NCBI GenBank assembly: GCA_902778255.1
Contig: CACYXD010000006.1
Coordinates: 144,803-208,802 of the forward strand
Reading direction: 5' to 3'
Length of the DNA: 64,000 nucleotides
Origin: an uncultured Prevotellaceae bacterium
GTDB lineage: Bacteria; Bacteroidota; Bacteroidia; Bacteroidales; Bacteroidaceae
Each line of letters begins with the position of its first letter. The first letter of the stretch is position 1. This document shows, in pieces, positions 1 through 9,441 of this stretch. The translations under genes and the position numbers were made by a program. Below the pieces are notes generated by a model. It searched no databases, was not told the DNA's origin, and saw only the letters and a list, made by a program, of their open reading frames with translations.

Positions 1-964
1 GCATGTTGCCACCCTGATTTAGGGCCTCATAAGCCATAGCCAGACAGCGGAACTTCTTCAGGTCGGGCTCGAAGAAGTCCAGATGTTGTGCAGCAAAGAG
101 GTCTAAGCGGTCTCCACTAAGTGATAATCTCTTGGGGAACGAGAAGGCGTACTGGATAGGCAGACGCATATCGGGCACACCGAGTTGAGCTTTTACGCTA
201 CCATCCATAAACTGCACAGCGCTGTGCACGATGCTCTGGGGATGAACCAATACCTGAATCTGCTTAGCTTCTACACCAAAGAGCCATTTTGCTTCAATCA
301 CCTCAAAACCTTTGTTCATCATGGAAGCCGAGTCGATGGTGATCTTCGCCCCCATATCCCAAGTTGGGTGACGCAGGGCATCTGCCTTGGTGACGTGGGC
401 AATCTCCTCCATAGATTTCAGGCGGAAAGGACCGCCTGATGCTGTGAGCAGAATTTTGTCGATGGGATTCTCGTCTTCACCTACCAATGACTGGAAGATG
501 GCAGAGTGCTCGCTGTCTACAGGCAGGATGGAACAACGGTTCTCGAGTGCCAACTGACAGATGAGTTCACCAGCTACGACCAGCGTCTCCTTGTTAGCCA
601 GACAGATGGTCTTATGGGCTTTGATGGCGTGGATGGTGGGACTCAGTCCTGCGAACCCGACCATAGCGGTGAGTACCATATCTATGGGACCAGCCTCTAC
701 AATCTCGTCGAGGGCGCGTGCACCAGCATACACCTTCACGTCAGGCATGTCGCTCATCAGTTGCTTCAGTTCGTCATAACGTGCCTCGTTGGCAATGACG
801 ATGGCTGCAGGCTTGAATTTATGAGCCTGTTTGGCCAGCAGTTCCACTTTATTATTAGCAGTCAGGCAATAGACCTCATAGAGGTCGCTATGCTCTTCTA
901 TCACTTCGAGGGCCTGTGTGCCGATACTTCCTGTAGAGCCAAGAATGGCTATTTGTTTTTTCAT
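1..964 (-). CDS. dxr: 1-deoxy-D-xylulose 5-phosphate reductoisomerase, truncated by the window edge
   Basis: Not in the ORF track; translated by hand. ATG at 964 gives MKKQIAILGSTGSIGTQALEV (Dxr NADPH-binding motif). The same frame at the left edge reads FRCLAMAYEALNQGGNM. The start overlaps the rimM stop (ATGA). Confidence 0.96.
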   Translation of the reverse strand, partial: MKKQIAILGSTGSIGTQALEVIEEHSDLYEVYCLTANNKVELLAKQAHKFKPAAIVIANEARYDELKQLMSDMPDVKVYAGARALDEIVEAGPIDMVLTAMVGFAGLSPTIHAIKAHKTICLANKETLVVAGELICQLALENRCSILPVDSEHSAIFQSLVGEDENPIDKILLTASGGPFRLKSMEEIAHVTKADALRHPTWDMGAKITIDSASMMNKGFEVIEAKWLFGVEAKQIQVLVHPQSIVHSAVQFMDGSVKAQLGVPDMRLPIQYAFSFPKRLSLSGDRLDLFAAQHLDFFEPDLKKFRCLAMAYEALNQGGNM

Positions 965-1470
965 AAGTCTAAGATGCCCTCAGGCAGGGCTATTGTAATC
1001 GTTTTGTTATCTTTGTCAATATCTGTTATCAGTTCCTCACTGGCAGGTATCAGTGTGCCTTCTTCCAGTTCGAAGAGGATGTTAAGGGTGCTTTCGTCGA
1101 CGCTGGCGATGGTGCCCACCTTCTTGTCTGTGCTGGCATCGATGATGTCGAAGCCTATGAGGAAAGAATAGGTGAGGACTTCCTCCTCGTCATCAACAAG
1201 GTCGCGTGGGAAATAGACGTCACAGTTGGTTAATTCGCGAGCACGATCCTGTGTCTCAATATCCTCGAACTTCACCAATGCGGTGCTGTCTGAGCGAAAG
1301 CGATATTCCTCCATGAAGAATGGCACTAGGATACCGTCAACCTCCAAGACAAGGTATTCTGCATCTACACGGTCGAACACGTCATCATCGAAATTGAACG
1401 ACACTTCGCCTTTGATGCCGTGTGCCTTTCCTATGCGACCAATCTTGTAGACCTCTTCCTTTTTTATCAT
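961..1470 (-). CDS. rimM: 16S rRNA processing protein RimM
   Basis: IGRIGKAHGIKGEV N-terminal motif, C-terminal PRC barrel ending LPEGILDL, 169 aa. Confidence 0.96.
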   Translation of the reverse strand: MIKKEEVYKIGRIGKAHGIKGEVSFNFDDDVFDRVDAEYLVLEVDGILVPFFMEEYRFRSDSTALVKFEDIETQDRARELTNCDVYFPRDLVDDEEEVLTYSFLIGFDIIDASTDKKVGTIASVDESTLNILFELEEGTLIPASEELITDIDKDNKTITIALPEGILDL

Positions 1471-1500
1471 GGGCTTAATGGGGGATGGGGATAATGAGCC

Positions 1501-2805
1501 TTAGGGGATACGAGTGATTTTTGCTCCCAGGGCATTCAGTCGGCCTTCGATGTCCTCGTAGCCGCGATCAATCTGCTCGATATTGTCAATACGGCTGGTG
1601 CCTTTCGCACTCATAGCAGCAATCAACAGAGCAATACCAGCACGGATGTCTGGGCTCGACATACGTCCACCACGCAGTTGTAGTTTGCGGTCATGGCCTA
1701 CTATCACAGCACGATGCGGGTCGCAGAGAATAATCTGTGCACCCATGTCAATAAGTTTGTCAACGAAGAACAGACGACTCTCGAACATCTTTTGGTGTAC
1801 CAATACGGAGCCACGAGCCTGTGTGGCTACGGTGATAAGTACAGACAATAGGTCGGGAGTCAGTCCTGGCCAGGGCGCATCAGCCAACGTCATTATGGTA
1901 CCATCGATAAACGATTGAATCTCGTAGTGACGCATACGGGGTATGAAAAGGTCATCGCCTTCTTCCTTGATCTTGATGCCCATACGGCGGAAGGTATTGG
2001 GAATGATGCCTAAGTCCTTGATAGCACAATTCTTGATGCGGATGCCATCGCCCACCATTGCTGCCATACCAATAAACGAGCCCACCTCAATCATATCGGG
2101 CAGGATGGTATGCTCTGTGCCGTTTAGGTGATCTACACCCTCGATGGTGAGTAGGTTCGAGGCGATGCCGCTGATGTGGGCACCCATCTTGTTCAGCATC
2201 TTACAGAGTTGCTGTAGGTATGGCTCACAGGCGGCGTTGTAAATAGTCGTTGTGCCTTTTGCCATCACAGCAGCCATTACGATATTGGCAGTACCTGTGA
2301 CAGATGCCTCGTCAAGTAACATATAGCAGCCCTTGAGCTGTTGGGCATAAATCTCATAAACGTCACGCTCAGCGACATGATGGAATTGTGCGCCTAGGCG
2401 TTCGAAGCCCAGGAAATGCGTATCCAGACGACGGCGTCCAATCTTGTCGCCACCAGGTTTGGCAATCGTAGCCTTGCCCATGCGAGCCAACAGCGGACCA
2501 ATCATCATGACCGATCCGCGTAACTGTGCACATTTCTGTACAAACTCATTGCTTTGCAGGTAGCCCAAATTCAGTTCGTCGGCTTGGAAAGTATAGGTGT
2601 TGCCGTCAGTGGTAACTTTCACCCCTACATCCTTGAGCAACTGGATGAGCGTCATCACATCCCTAATTTGCGGAATGTTATGGATAGTGACCTTCTCGCT
2701 GGTCAGTAGCGTTGCACAAATCACCTGCAGAGCCTCATTCTTGGCGCCCTGTGGCTGTATCTCTCCGCTTAATGGATGTCCTCCTTCAATAACAAATGCT
2801 GCCAT
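1501..2805 (-). CDS. murA: UDP-N-acetylglucosamine 1-carboxyvinyltransferase
   Basis: GAKNEAL, LRGS, GGDKIGRRRLDTH (Asp in place of the fosfomycin-target Cys), SPDIRAG and IDRGYE motifs. Confidence 0.97.
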   Translation of the reverse strand: MAAFVIEGGHPLSGEIQPQGAKNEALQVICATLLTSEKVTIHNIPQIRDVMTLIQLLKDVGVKVTTDGNTYTFQADELNLGYLQSNEFVQKCAQLRGSVMMIGPLLARMGKATIAKPGGDKIGRRRLDTHFLGFERLGAQFHHVAERDVYEIYAQQLKGCYMLLDEASVTGTANIVMAAVMAKGTTTIYNAACEPYLQQLCKMLNKMGAHISGIASNLLTIEGVDHLNGTEHTILPDMIEVGSFIGMAAMVGDGIRIKNCAIKDLGIIPNTFRRMGIKIKEEGDDLFIPRMRHYEIQSFIDGTIMTLADAPWPGLTPDLLSVLITVATQARGSVLVHQKMFESRLFFVDKLIDMGAQIILCDPHRAVIVGHDRKLQLRGGRMSSPDIRAGIALLIAAMSAKGTSRIDNIEQIDRGYEDIEGRLNALGAKITRIP

Positions 2806-3411
2806 TTATTTCTTTTTCTTTCCAGATGAACGTTTCGCTTGAGGTTCGTTTAGTTTGACACGCTCAAACGTGAAATGACTCAGGTCCAACTGTATGGCTC
2901 CATCGGTCATGCGCGCTATGTCATCGGCAACCTTCTCATCATCAATCGAACCATGCCCCCATTGTACAAGGTCGCGTTTCATCTGGTTGGCTGTCAAGCG
3001 GGTCAACTCATCGCGCTCACTGCCTTCTGGCATCTCTTTCAGTTTATTGAGCAGTTCATTGACCAGTCGTCCATAGTGACGCAGGTGAATACTCTCTTGT
3101 GGAAGTTGCATAGGCGCGGGCTTATTATGAAATTTCTCGGCTCCGCTGATGTCGTAGGGCCAGTCAATGTCCAGTTGCTTGTGACTCATGATATACAGAT
3201 GATCCCAAAGCGTTTGCTCGTAACCACTGTTTTCACGTATCTGTGGCACCTTTGTCTCCATCAGTTTGACGATAGACTTCGCGCAGCGCAGTCGTTCTGC
3301 TTTGTCGGGCAACGTGATGGCATAGTCAATCATACGCTGAATCTCGCGGCCATATTCTGGCATCAACAGCGGCTCGCGTTGTGTGTTGTAGTCTAAACCT
3401 TGTATGTTCAT
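2806..3411 (-). CDS. DUF4290-like conserved Bacteroidetes protein
   Basis: LDYNTQREPLLMPEYGREIQRMI and RHYGR motifs; lies between tsaB and murA. Confidence 0.8.
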   Translation of the reverse strand: MNIQGLDYNTQREPLLMPEYGREIQRMIDYAITLPDKAERLRCAKSIVKLMETKVPQIRENSGYEQTLWDHLYIMSHKQLDIDWPYDISGAEKFHNKPAPMQLPQESIHLRHYGRLVNELLNKLKEMPEGSERDELTRLTANQMKRDLVQWGHGSIDDEKVADDIARMTDGAIQLDLSHFTFERVKLNEPQAKRSSGKKKK

Positions 3412-3415
3412 AGTG

Positions 3416-4105
3416 TTAAATCAGTTTTTGGGGCATTTTTGCCACATAATCTTTCAGGTAGAAAGGTTCGAAATAAGCCACATCCTCAGTCTGTCCGTTC
3501 AGCAGGCGACGCTCTGCCAGAGGCTGCATCCATTTAGCCAGAGGCTTGATACCCTCGATAAGGTGAGCATTGGGGTGACTGATGGCCTCCATACATTTCG
3601 CAGCACCGTTGCCGAAGAAAAAAACGGGACGCTCATCCAACCACTGCTTGTAGGTATTGGTATCAACGATGTCAGCGCCTACAGGACGAACCTCATGAAG
3701 GGCACGATCGTAGATGCCGGCATAGACCTCCATGCGACGGGCGTCAATCATCGGACAGAGAAGAGCATTCTCTTCCACCATCTCGCGCAGCAGCACGGGC
3801 ACACATATCAGTTCAAGTGTGGGCACGGCGATGAGCTTCAGATTACGGCCATAGCAGATGCCTTTGGCCATAGAGACACCTATACGCAATCCTGTATATG
3901 AACCTGGGCCGCAACTCACGGCTACGGCATCAAATGGGATAGCGTGATTATCGGTAAACGAAAGTGCCTCATCAACCATTGAACCGAGTCTCTCGGCATG
4001 GTTTGGTCCACTGTGGTCTTCCTGTTGGAAAATCACGTGAGAATCTTCCGACACAGCCACTGAGCACACCTCGGTGCTGGTCTCTATATGGAGTATGCAC
4101 GACAT
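3416..4105 (-). CDS. tsaB: tRNA threonylcarbamoyladenosine biosynthesis protein TsaB
   Basis: ILHIETST, GPGSYTGLRIG and IDARRMEVY motifs. Confidence 0.96.
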   Translation of the reverse strand: MSCILHIETSTEVCSVAVSEDSHVIFQQEDHSGPNHAERLGSMVDEALSFTDNHAIPFDAVAVSCGPGSYTGLRIGVSMAKGICYGRNLKLIAVPTLELICVPVLLREMVEENALLCPMIDARRMEVYAGIYDRALHEVRPVGADIVDTNTYKQWLDERPVFFFGNGAAKCMEAISHPNAHLIEGIKPLAKWMQPLAERRLLNGQTEDVAYFEPFYLKDYVAKMPQKLI

Positions 4106-4194
4106 GTTATTGCCTTATAATATAATATGAATTGCAAAGGTACGCATTTTTCTTTAAAATTGCCGCTGCATTTATGATAAAAAAGGTGAAATGA

Positions 4195-7179
4195 CTACGG
4201 CAGTAATACGACACCTGTCTGCTTCTTTCCGTCCATCATCACTTTGAGGGGCTTATCGAAGCGCACATGACGCACATACTGTGTCTCTTCAATGGCAGGC
4301 ATTGTATCAAGTATGTCTTTCTGCATCACCCCATCGCCTGTGTAGGTGTTAATGGTGAAATAACCAACACCGAAAGATGTGAGGTTTTGAAAGAAGTGGG
4401 TGCCCTGCGAGGGATCAACATGGTAGTTCTTCAGTCCAGCTTCCACAATGACGCGGGCAGCTGAGATATGAGGCCATTTGACGGGAATGCCCAACCAGGG
4501 ATCACTGGAGCCCCATCGCCCCGGTCCTATCAGCACGTAGTTCCTGCCTTCATCTAGGAACTTACGGTTGATGCGTTCTATCTCACTGGCAATGGTGGGA
4601 TTGTTGGCTGCCGTGAAATTCTCGTCGGTCTTTACATATACCACATCGACCACATCTTCTGAGATACCATGCCCCAATGAGTTGTATGAACGCAACAGGC
4701 ACTGCTCGTCGGGTATCTTCTGCAAATCTTCATCAAGAACCTGCTTGGAGTCAACGATAGGACGAATCTGAAGCAGATAAAATTCACCAGTACGGTCGTT
4801 GTTTAAGTTACAGGCAAACTCTATCTCTACAGGGCGACGCATCTCCTCAGAACCATATTTCTGCGACATCTGCAGCAGTTCCGGCAAGGGGAAGATGCCC
4901 TGTTGCAACACACCACAGAAAGAGATAATTTTCCGACCACCCTCGTAGATGCCGTCGCGGATAACCTGATCCATGGGGTCGTAGGTGGAGGCAATATATG
5001 TGAGTGAGCCGTCGGCATCGGCCTGACGTACGCGCAGGCTCTTGATGTTAAATCCATCGTCCACCTTGAAATCATCGCCCACATGGCTCATATCCAGTGC
5101 ATAAAAGCGCGTCTGTGTGTCGCTTAATGCTGTCTCCATCTCACTGGTCTGCAGCACCTGATTTGGATGATAAGGCGACACCCGCAGCGTCTGGCCGCCA
5201 TCCACGATATATTTTCCAAGGCCTAAAGCTAACGAAGCGATACCTTCCTCGGCCGTCTCGTCGCCAATGGGATAGTAGTTCAGTGAACGCAATACCCCTG
5301 AGAATGTAGGATAGTAGAGCTCGCCATAGCGGTGCCCCACCACCTCCTGTAGGATGACGGCCATCTTCTCTTGGTCTATGACATTCTGCGTGGCTGTCAT
5401 ATAGGCCTTCGAGTCACGGTAATACACAGAGGCATAGACGCTCTTGATGGCACAGGCCAACATACGCAGCATCTGGTATTTGTCATCGAGCCAAGGTATC
5501 ATGTAGGTACTGTAGATGCCCGCAAACGGCTGATAGTGAGAGTCTTCAAGCAATGACGATGAGCGCACGGCGATTGGTGTCTTGATGGCATCGAAGAAGA
5601 TGAAGAAGTCCTCAATCAAATCATCGGGCAACTGTGCCTTGAGGAAGTGCTGGAGGATGACTTCATCTGGCGCATCGCTCAGGGCTATCGACCACAGGTT
5701 GTTATCATCCATGAAACGGTCGAAGAAGTCCGTACAGAGCACCACCGTCTTAGGAATCTGTACGGTGGCGTTGTCAAACTGGTTCAGTTCCGCATGACGC
5801 TTAATGATATTGTCAAGGAATGCCAGACCACGGCCCTTACCGCCCAGCGAACCCTCTCCAATACGGGCAAAGTGGGCGTAGCGGTCGAACTTCAGTCGGT
5901 CGAATACAGCCACCACACCGATATTTTTCATTCGTCGATACTGTACAATGGCATCGAAGATAATCTGGCGGTGGGCGTCCACATCCTGCAACTTATGCCA
6001 CGTGACATGTTTCAGGAACTGGCTCACGGGGAAGATAGCACGCGCACAGAGCCAGCGACTCATGTGGTTACGGCGTATATGGTGCATCAGCGAGTCGTGA
6101 GGAATTTTGAAAATGTTGTCCTGTAGCTCCTTCAGCGTCTTTACGCGTGCCACCTCTTCATGGGTCTCTGGATCACGAAATATGAAGTCACCAAAGCCTA
6201 GGTGCTCCTCAATCATCTTGCGCAGGTCCACATTGAATTTCTTCGAGTTCTTATCCAGAAAGTCAAAACCCTCGGCCCATGCCTTCTCGCGGTTTTGTAC
6301 CTCACTGCTCTCAAGGATCAATGGCACATATTCATCGTGCTGTCTGATTTCACGCAACAGTTTTAGGCCAGCCTCGGGGTCGCCCTCCTCAACATGGCTC
6401 AGGCGTCCTACGGGGGTGTTCAGCGGGAAACGGGTATCACTGATAACACCCAACGTGTTCTCGGCATATTTTTCGTATATCTGCATGGCTTCCTCGTAGT
6501 TCGTAGCTAGCACCACCTTAGGGCGTCCACGTTTACGCTGTGCGGCAGCATGTGGGTTCAAGGCCTCCGTGGAGAAATTCTTAGATTGTTGCAGGATATA
6601 ATTATAGAGGTTGGGTAGCACACTGGAATAGAAACGGATATTATCCTCCACCAGCAGAATCATCTGTACGCCCGCCTCTTCTATATCGTGCTCAATATTC
6701 ATCTTGTCCTCAATCAATTTGATGATTGACAAGATGAGGTTCGTGTTGCCCAACCAGCAGAACACATAGTCGAAGATGCTCATATCCTCATTTTGCATAC
6801 GCTTCGTGATACCATGTGAGAAAGGCGTCAACACCACGCAGGGCACCGATGGCTTGATGGACTTCACCTCGCGAGCCACGGTAAAAGCATCATTGTCGGC
6901 CGTGCCGGGCATACAAATCACCAAGTCGATATTTGTCTCATCGAGCACATGGCGAGCCTCTTCGGTGGTACTCACCTGTGTGAAGGTAGGCGGGTAGCGC
7001 ATACCTAATTCGGTATATTCATCAAAAATTTTTTCGTCCACACGCCCGTCATCCTCCAACATAAAGGCATCATAGGGGTTTGCTACGATCAACACATTGA
7101 AGATGCGGCGCGTCATCAGATTTACGAACGAGACATCCTTCAGATATAGGGTATTAAATTCCTGTGGTACGTTTGCCAT
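4195..7179 (-). CDS. Receiver-like domains fused to a PEP-synthase/PPDK-type ATP-grasp domain (PEP/pyruvate-binding domain protein)
   Basis: GEGSLGGKGRGLAF, AVRSSSLLEDSHYQPFAGIYST, MAVILQEVVG and EIEFA...YLLQIRPI (PPDK_N) motifs; receiver-like segments ILLVEDNIRFYS and VISDTRFP. Confidence 0.88.
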   Translation of the reverse strand: MANVPQEFNTLYLKDVSFVNLMTRRIFNVLIVANPYDAFMLEDDGRVDEKIFDEYTELGMRYPPTFTQVSTTEEARHVLDETNIDLVICMPGTADNDAFTVAREVKSIKPSVPCVVLTPFSHGITKRMQNEDMSIFDYVFCWLGNTNLILSIIKLIEDKMNIEHDIEEAGVQMILLVEDNIRFYSSVLPNLYNYILQQSKNFSTEALNPHAAAQRKRGRPKVVLATNYEEAMQIYEKYAENTLGVISDTRFPLNTPVGRLSHVEEGDPEAGLKLLREIRQHDEYVPLILESSEVQNREKAWAEGFDFLDKNSKKFNVDLRKMIEEHLGFGDFIFRDPETHEEVARVKTLKELQDNIFKIPHDSLMHHIRRNHMSRWLCARAIFPVSQFLKHVTWHKLQDVDAHRQIIFDAIVQYRRMKNIGVVAVFDRLKFDRYAHFARIGEGSLGGKGRGLAFLDNIIKRHAELNQFDNATVQIPKTVVLCTDFFDRFMDDNNLWSIALSDAPDEVILQHFLKAQLPDDLIEDFFIFFDAIKTPIAVRSSSLLEDSHYQPFAGIYSTYMIPWLDDKYQMLRMLACAIKSVYASVYYRDSKAYMTATQNVIDQEKMAVILQEVVGHRYGELYYPTFSGVLRSLNYYPIGDETAEEGIASLALGLGKYIVDGGQTLRVSPYHPNQVLQTSEMETALSDTQTRFYALDMSHVGDDFKVDDGFNIKSLRVRQADADGSLTYIASTYDPMDQVIRDGIYEGGRKIISFCGVLQQGIFPLPELLQMSQKYGSEEMRRPVEIEFACNLNNDRTGEFYLLQIRPIVDSKQVLDEDLQKIPDEQCLLRSYNSLGHGISEDVVDVVYVKTDENFTAANNPTIASEIERINRKFLDEGRNYVLIGPGRWGSSDPWLGIPVKWPHISAARVIVEAGLKNYHVDPSQGTHFFQNLTSFGVGYFTINTYTGDGVMQKDILDTMPAIEETQYVRHVRFDKPLKVMMDGKKQTGVVLLP

Positions 7180-7209
7180 TTGCTCTTTGCAATTTTAGGT
7201 TTGCGACTG

Positions 7210-7300
7210 CAAAGATACAACTTTAAATTAAGAATTAAGAATTAAGAATTAAGAATTTCCCCTTTTTTCTTGGAAGCTATCTTTTTTTTTTATACATTTG
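7210..7300. promoter_or_regulatory. Divergent Bacteroidetes -7 elements: TATCTTTG on minus (7210-7217) and TACATTTG on plus (7293-7300)
   Basis: Match TAnnTTTG and lie just upstream of the two divergent starts. Confidence 0.75.
7226..7257. repeat. Heptamer tandem repeat (AATTAAG)x4.5 in a divergent promoter region
   Basis: Four perfect copies plus AATT read directly. Confidence 0.95.
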
Positions 7301-7345
7301 CCATCGTTCTAATAACCTTACAGATTAACTTTAAAACATAAGACT

Positions 7346-8683
7346 ATGGAAGTTGAGAAAATTATGCAAGTCTTGGAACGTAAGCATCCGGGCGAGCTGG
7401 AGTACCTACAAGCAGTGCGCGAAGTGCTGGAGTCAATCAAGGATGTGTACAACCAGCATCCTGAGTTTGAGAAGGCAAAGATAGTAGAGCGTATCGTAGA
7501 ACCCGAGCGTATTACCACCTTCCGTGTGCCCTGGGTTGATGACAAGGGCGAGGTACAGGTGAATATTGGCTATCGTGTGCAATTCAACAGTGCCATCGGT
7601 CCGTATAAAGGTGGATTACGTTTCCACTCATCGGTGAACCTCTCTATTTTGAAGTTCCTCGGTTTTGAGCAGACCTTTAAGAATGCGTTGACCACACTGC
7701 CAATGGGCGGTGGAAAGGGTGGTAGTGATTTCTCTCCTAGGGGAAAGAGCGAAGCTGAGATTATGCGGTTTTGTCAGGCATTCATGATGGAACTGTATAA
7801 AGTCATCGGTCCCGATGTTGATGTGCCTGCCGGAGATATTGGTGTCGGTGGCCGTGAGATTGGCTACCTGTTTGGGATGTATAAGAAATTGACATCACAG
7901 TTCCATGGCGCAACCCTTACAGGTAAGGGCCTGGAGTGGGGTGGCAGTATCCTGCGTCCAGAGGCTACGGGTTATGGTGCCCTTTACTTCGTTCATCATA
8001 TGCTGGAGACCCACAACCTGGAAATCAAGGGCAAAACGGTGGCTCTATCTGGCTTTGGCAATGTGGCTTGGGGCGCTGCGAAGAAGGCAACCGAACTGGG
8101 GGCTAAGGTCATCACCATCAGTGGACCTGATGGCTATATCCTCGATGAGGCTGGACTGGATGCTGAGAAGATTGACTACCTGTTGGAACTACGTGCCAGT
8201 GGTAATGATATCTGCGCGCCATATGTTGAGGAGTTCCCTGAGGCAAGGTTCTTTGAGGGTAAGAAACCTTGGGAGGCTAAGGCTGATATCTATCTGCCAT
8301 GTGCTACCCAGAACGAACTCAATGGCGAGGATGCTGACCTTATCCTGGCTAACAAACCGCTGTGCGTGGCAGAGGTGTCAAATATGGGATGTACCGCTGA
8401 GGCTGTCAATAAGTTTATTGCAGCTGGCCAGTTGTTTGCTCCTGGCAAGGCGGTCAATGCTGGTGGTGTTGCCACTTCAGGCTTGGAGATGACTCAGAAC
8501 TCGATGCGTATCTCATGGACTGGCGAGGAGGTTGATCAGAAACTGCATCAGATCATGGCCGGTATCCATGAGCAGTGTGTGAAGTACGGCAAAGAAGGTA
8601 ATTACGTGAACTATGTGAAAGGAGCCAATGTGGCTGGCTTCATGAAAGTAGCCAAAGCCATGCTGGCTCAGGGAATCGTATAA
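7346..8683 (+). CDS. gdhA: NADP-specific glutamate dehydrogenase
   Basis: GPYKGGLRFH, LPMGGGKGGSDF, VPAGDIGVG, RPEATGYG and NAGGVATSGLE motifs. Confidence 0.97.
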   Translation: MEVEKIMQVLERKHPGELEYLQAVREVLESIKDVYNQHPEFEKAKIVERIVEPERITTFRVPWVDDKGEVQVNIGYRVQFNSAIGPYKGGLRFHSSVNLSILKFLGFEQTFKNALTTLPMGGGKGGSDFSPRGKSEAEIMRFCQAFMMELYKVIGPDVDVPAGDIGVGGREIGYLFGMYKKLTSQFHGATLTGKGLEWGGSILRPEATGYGALYFVHHMLETHNLEIKGKTVALSGFGNVAWGAAKKATELGAKVITISGPDGYILDEAGLDAEKIDYLLELRASGNDICAPYVEEFPEARFFEGKKPWEAKADIYLPCATQNELNGEDADLILANKPLCVAEVSNMGCTAEAVNKFIAAGQLFAPGKAVNAGGVATSGLEMTQNSMRISWTGEEVDQKLHQIMAGIHEQCVKYGKEGNYVNYVKGANVAGFMKVAKAMLAQGIV

Positions 8684-8691
8684 AGTATACC

Positions 8692-8749
8692 CCTACAGCA
8701 AAAAGAGTGAGAAGCGTTAATTGGCGCTTCTCACTCTTTTTGCTGTAGG
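8692..8749. terminator. Bidirectional intrinsic terminator, 25-bp perfect inverted repeat
   Basis: CCTACAGCAAAAAGAGTGAGAAGCG (8692-8716), 8-nt loop, exact reverse complement at 8725-8749, between convergent genes. Confidence 0.9.
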
Positions 8750-9388
8750 TACTGTAAACTCGCGTGTCTGCGATGTCACCTCCCTTAATCCTTGGGCCAC
8801 CCCTACACGCACAATGATTTCCCCGTCTTTTAGCCGGCTGTCGGCCAGAATGGTGGCAGTATAGCGTACCCCTTGGCGCGGACCAATGCTTTCTATCTTC
8901 AGGTTGGGTGAGATGTTAATGTGTTTGTTGCCCGTAGCATCTTCTACGAAAGGTCGCACATCGTAGATGGTGTTGTCGGATGTGTTCATGATCTCAAAGA
9001 TGACAGAGCATTCCTCTCCACGTGTCAAGACACCGTCACGCTGGGTCTCGGTAATCATGGCATGACGAATCTCCAAAACGGGCTCCTCACGAGTCATGAA
9101 TACGCGGTCATCCATGGGCTCATGGCGCTGTATGGAGGTCCGTTCCTCGTATTTGCGTTCCTCGGCATTGTCAATGGCGGAACCAATAGCAGCTCCTGCC
9201 ACCATGCCGCCTACCGTGCCGATAAGGGCTCCTGTATGATGGCCGCGCCATCCGCCAGTCAGACCTCCTATGGCAGAACCGATGACATGGCCGAACTGCC
9301 CACCCATATATGCACCCCCAGCAGTATTGCTCGTGCAACTGCTCATTGTGAGCAACACACCTAAAAACAGTATGATTCCTTTTTTCAT
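8717..9388 (-). CDS. Glycine-zipper lipoprotein with C-terminal Ig-like domain
   Basis: Likely start at 9388: MKKGIILFLGVLLTMSSC (lipobox), then GSAIGGLTGG...GALIGTVGGMVAGAAIG glycine zipper. Confidence 0.8.
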   Translation of the reverse strand: MKKGIILFLGVLLTMSSCTSNTAGGAYMGGQFGHVIGSAIGGLTGGWRGHHTGALIGTVGGMVAGAAIGSAIDNAEERKYEERTSIQRHEPMDDRVFMTREEPVLEIRHAMITETQRDGVLTRGEECSVIFEIMNTSDNTIYDVRPFVEDATGNKHINISPNLKIESIGPRQGVRYTATILADSRLKDGEIIVRVGVAQGLREVTSQTREFTVPTAKRVRSAN

Positions 9389-9441
9389 TTTTTTCCTGAT
9401 TTTATAGTTTTCATGCTGCAAATATAGGCTATTTTCTGCAA

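Noticed and set aside
185-1450. Plus-strand ORFs opposite dxr and rimM, and the many similar antisense ORFs in the track (e.g. 36101-36682, 51581-52396, 62835-63614)
   Set aside because: Shadow frames of well-supported genes, with no motifs or promoters of their own.
1501-2805. MurA Cys-to-Asp active-site substitution as a novelty
   Set aside because: A known natural variant associated with intrinsic fosfomycin resistance in several taxa; not new.
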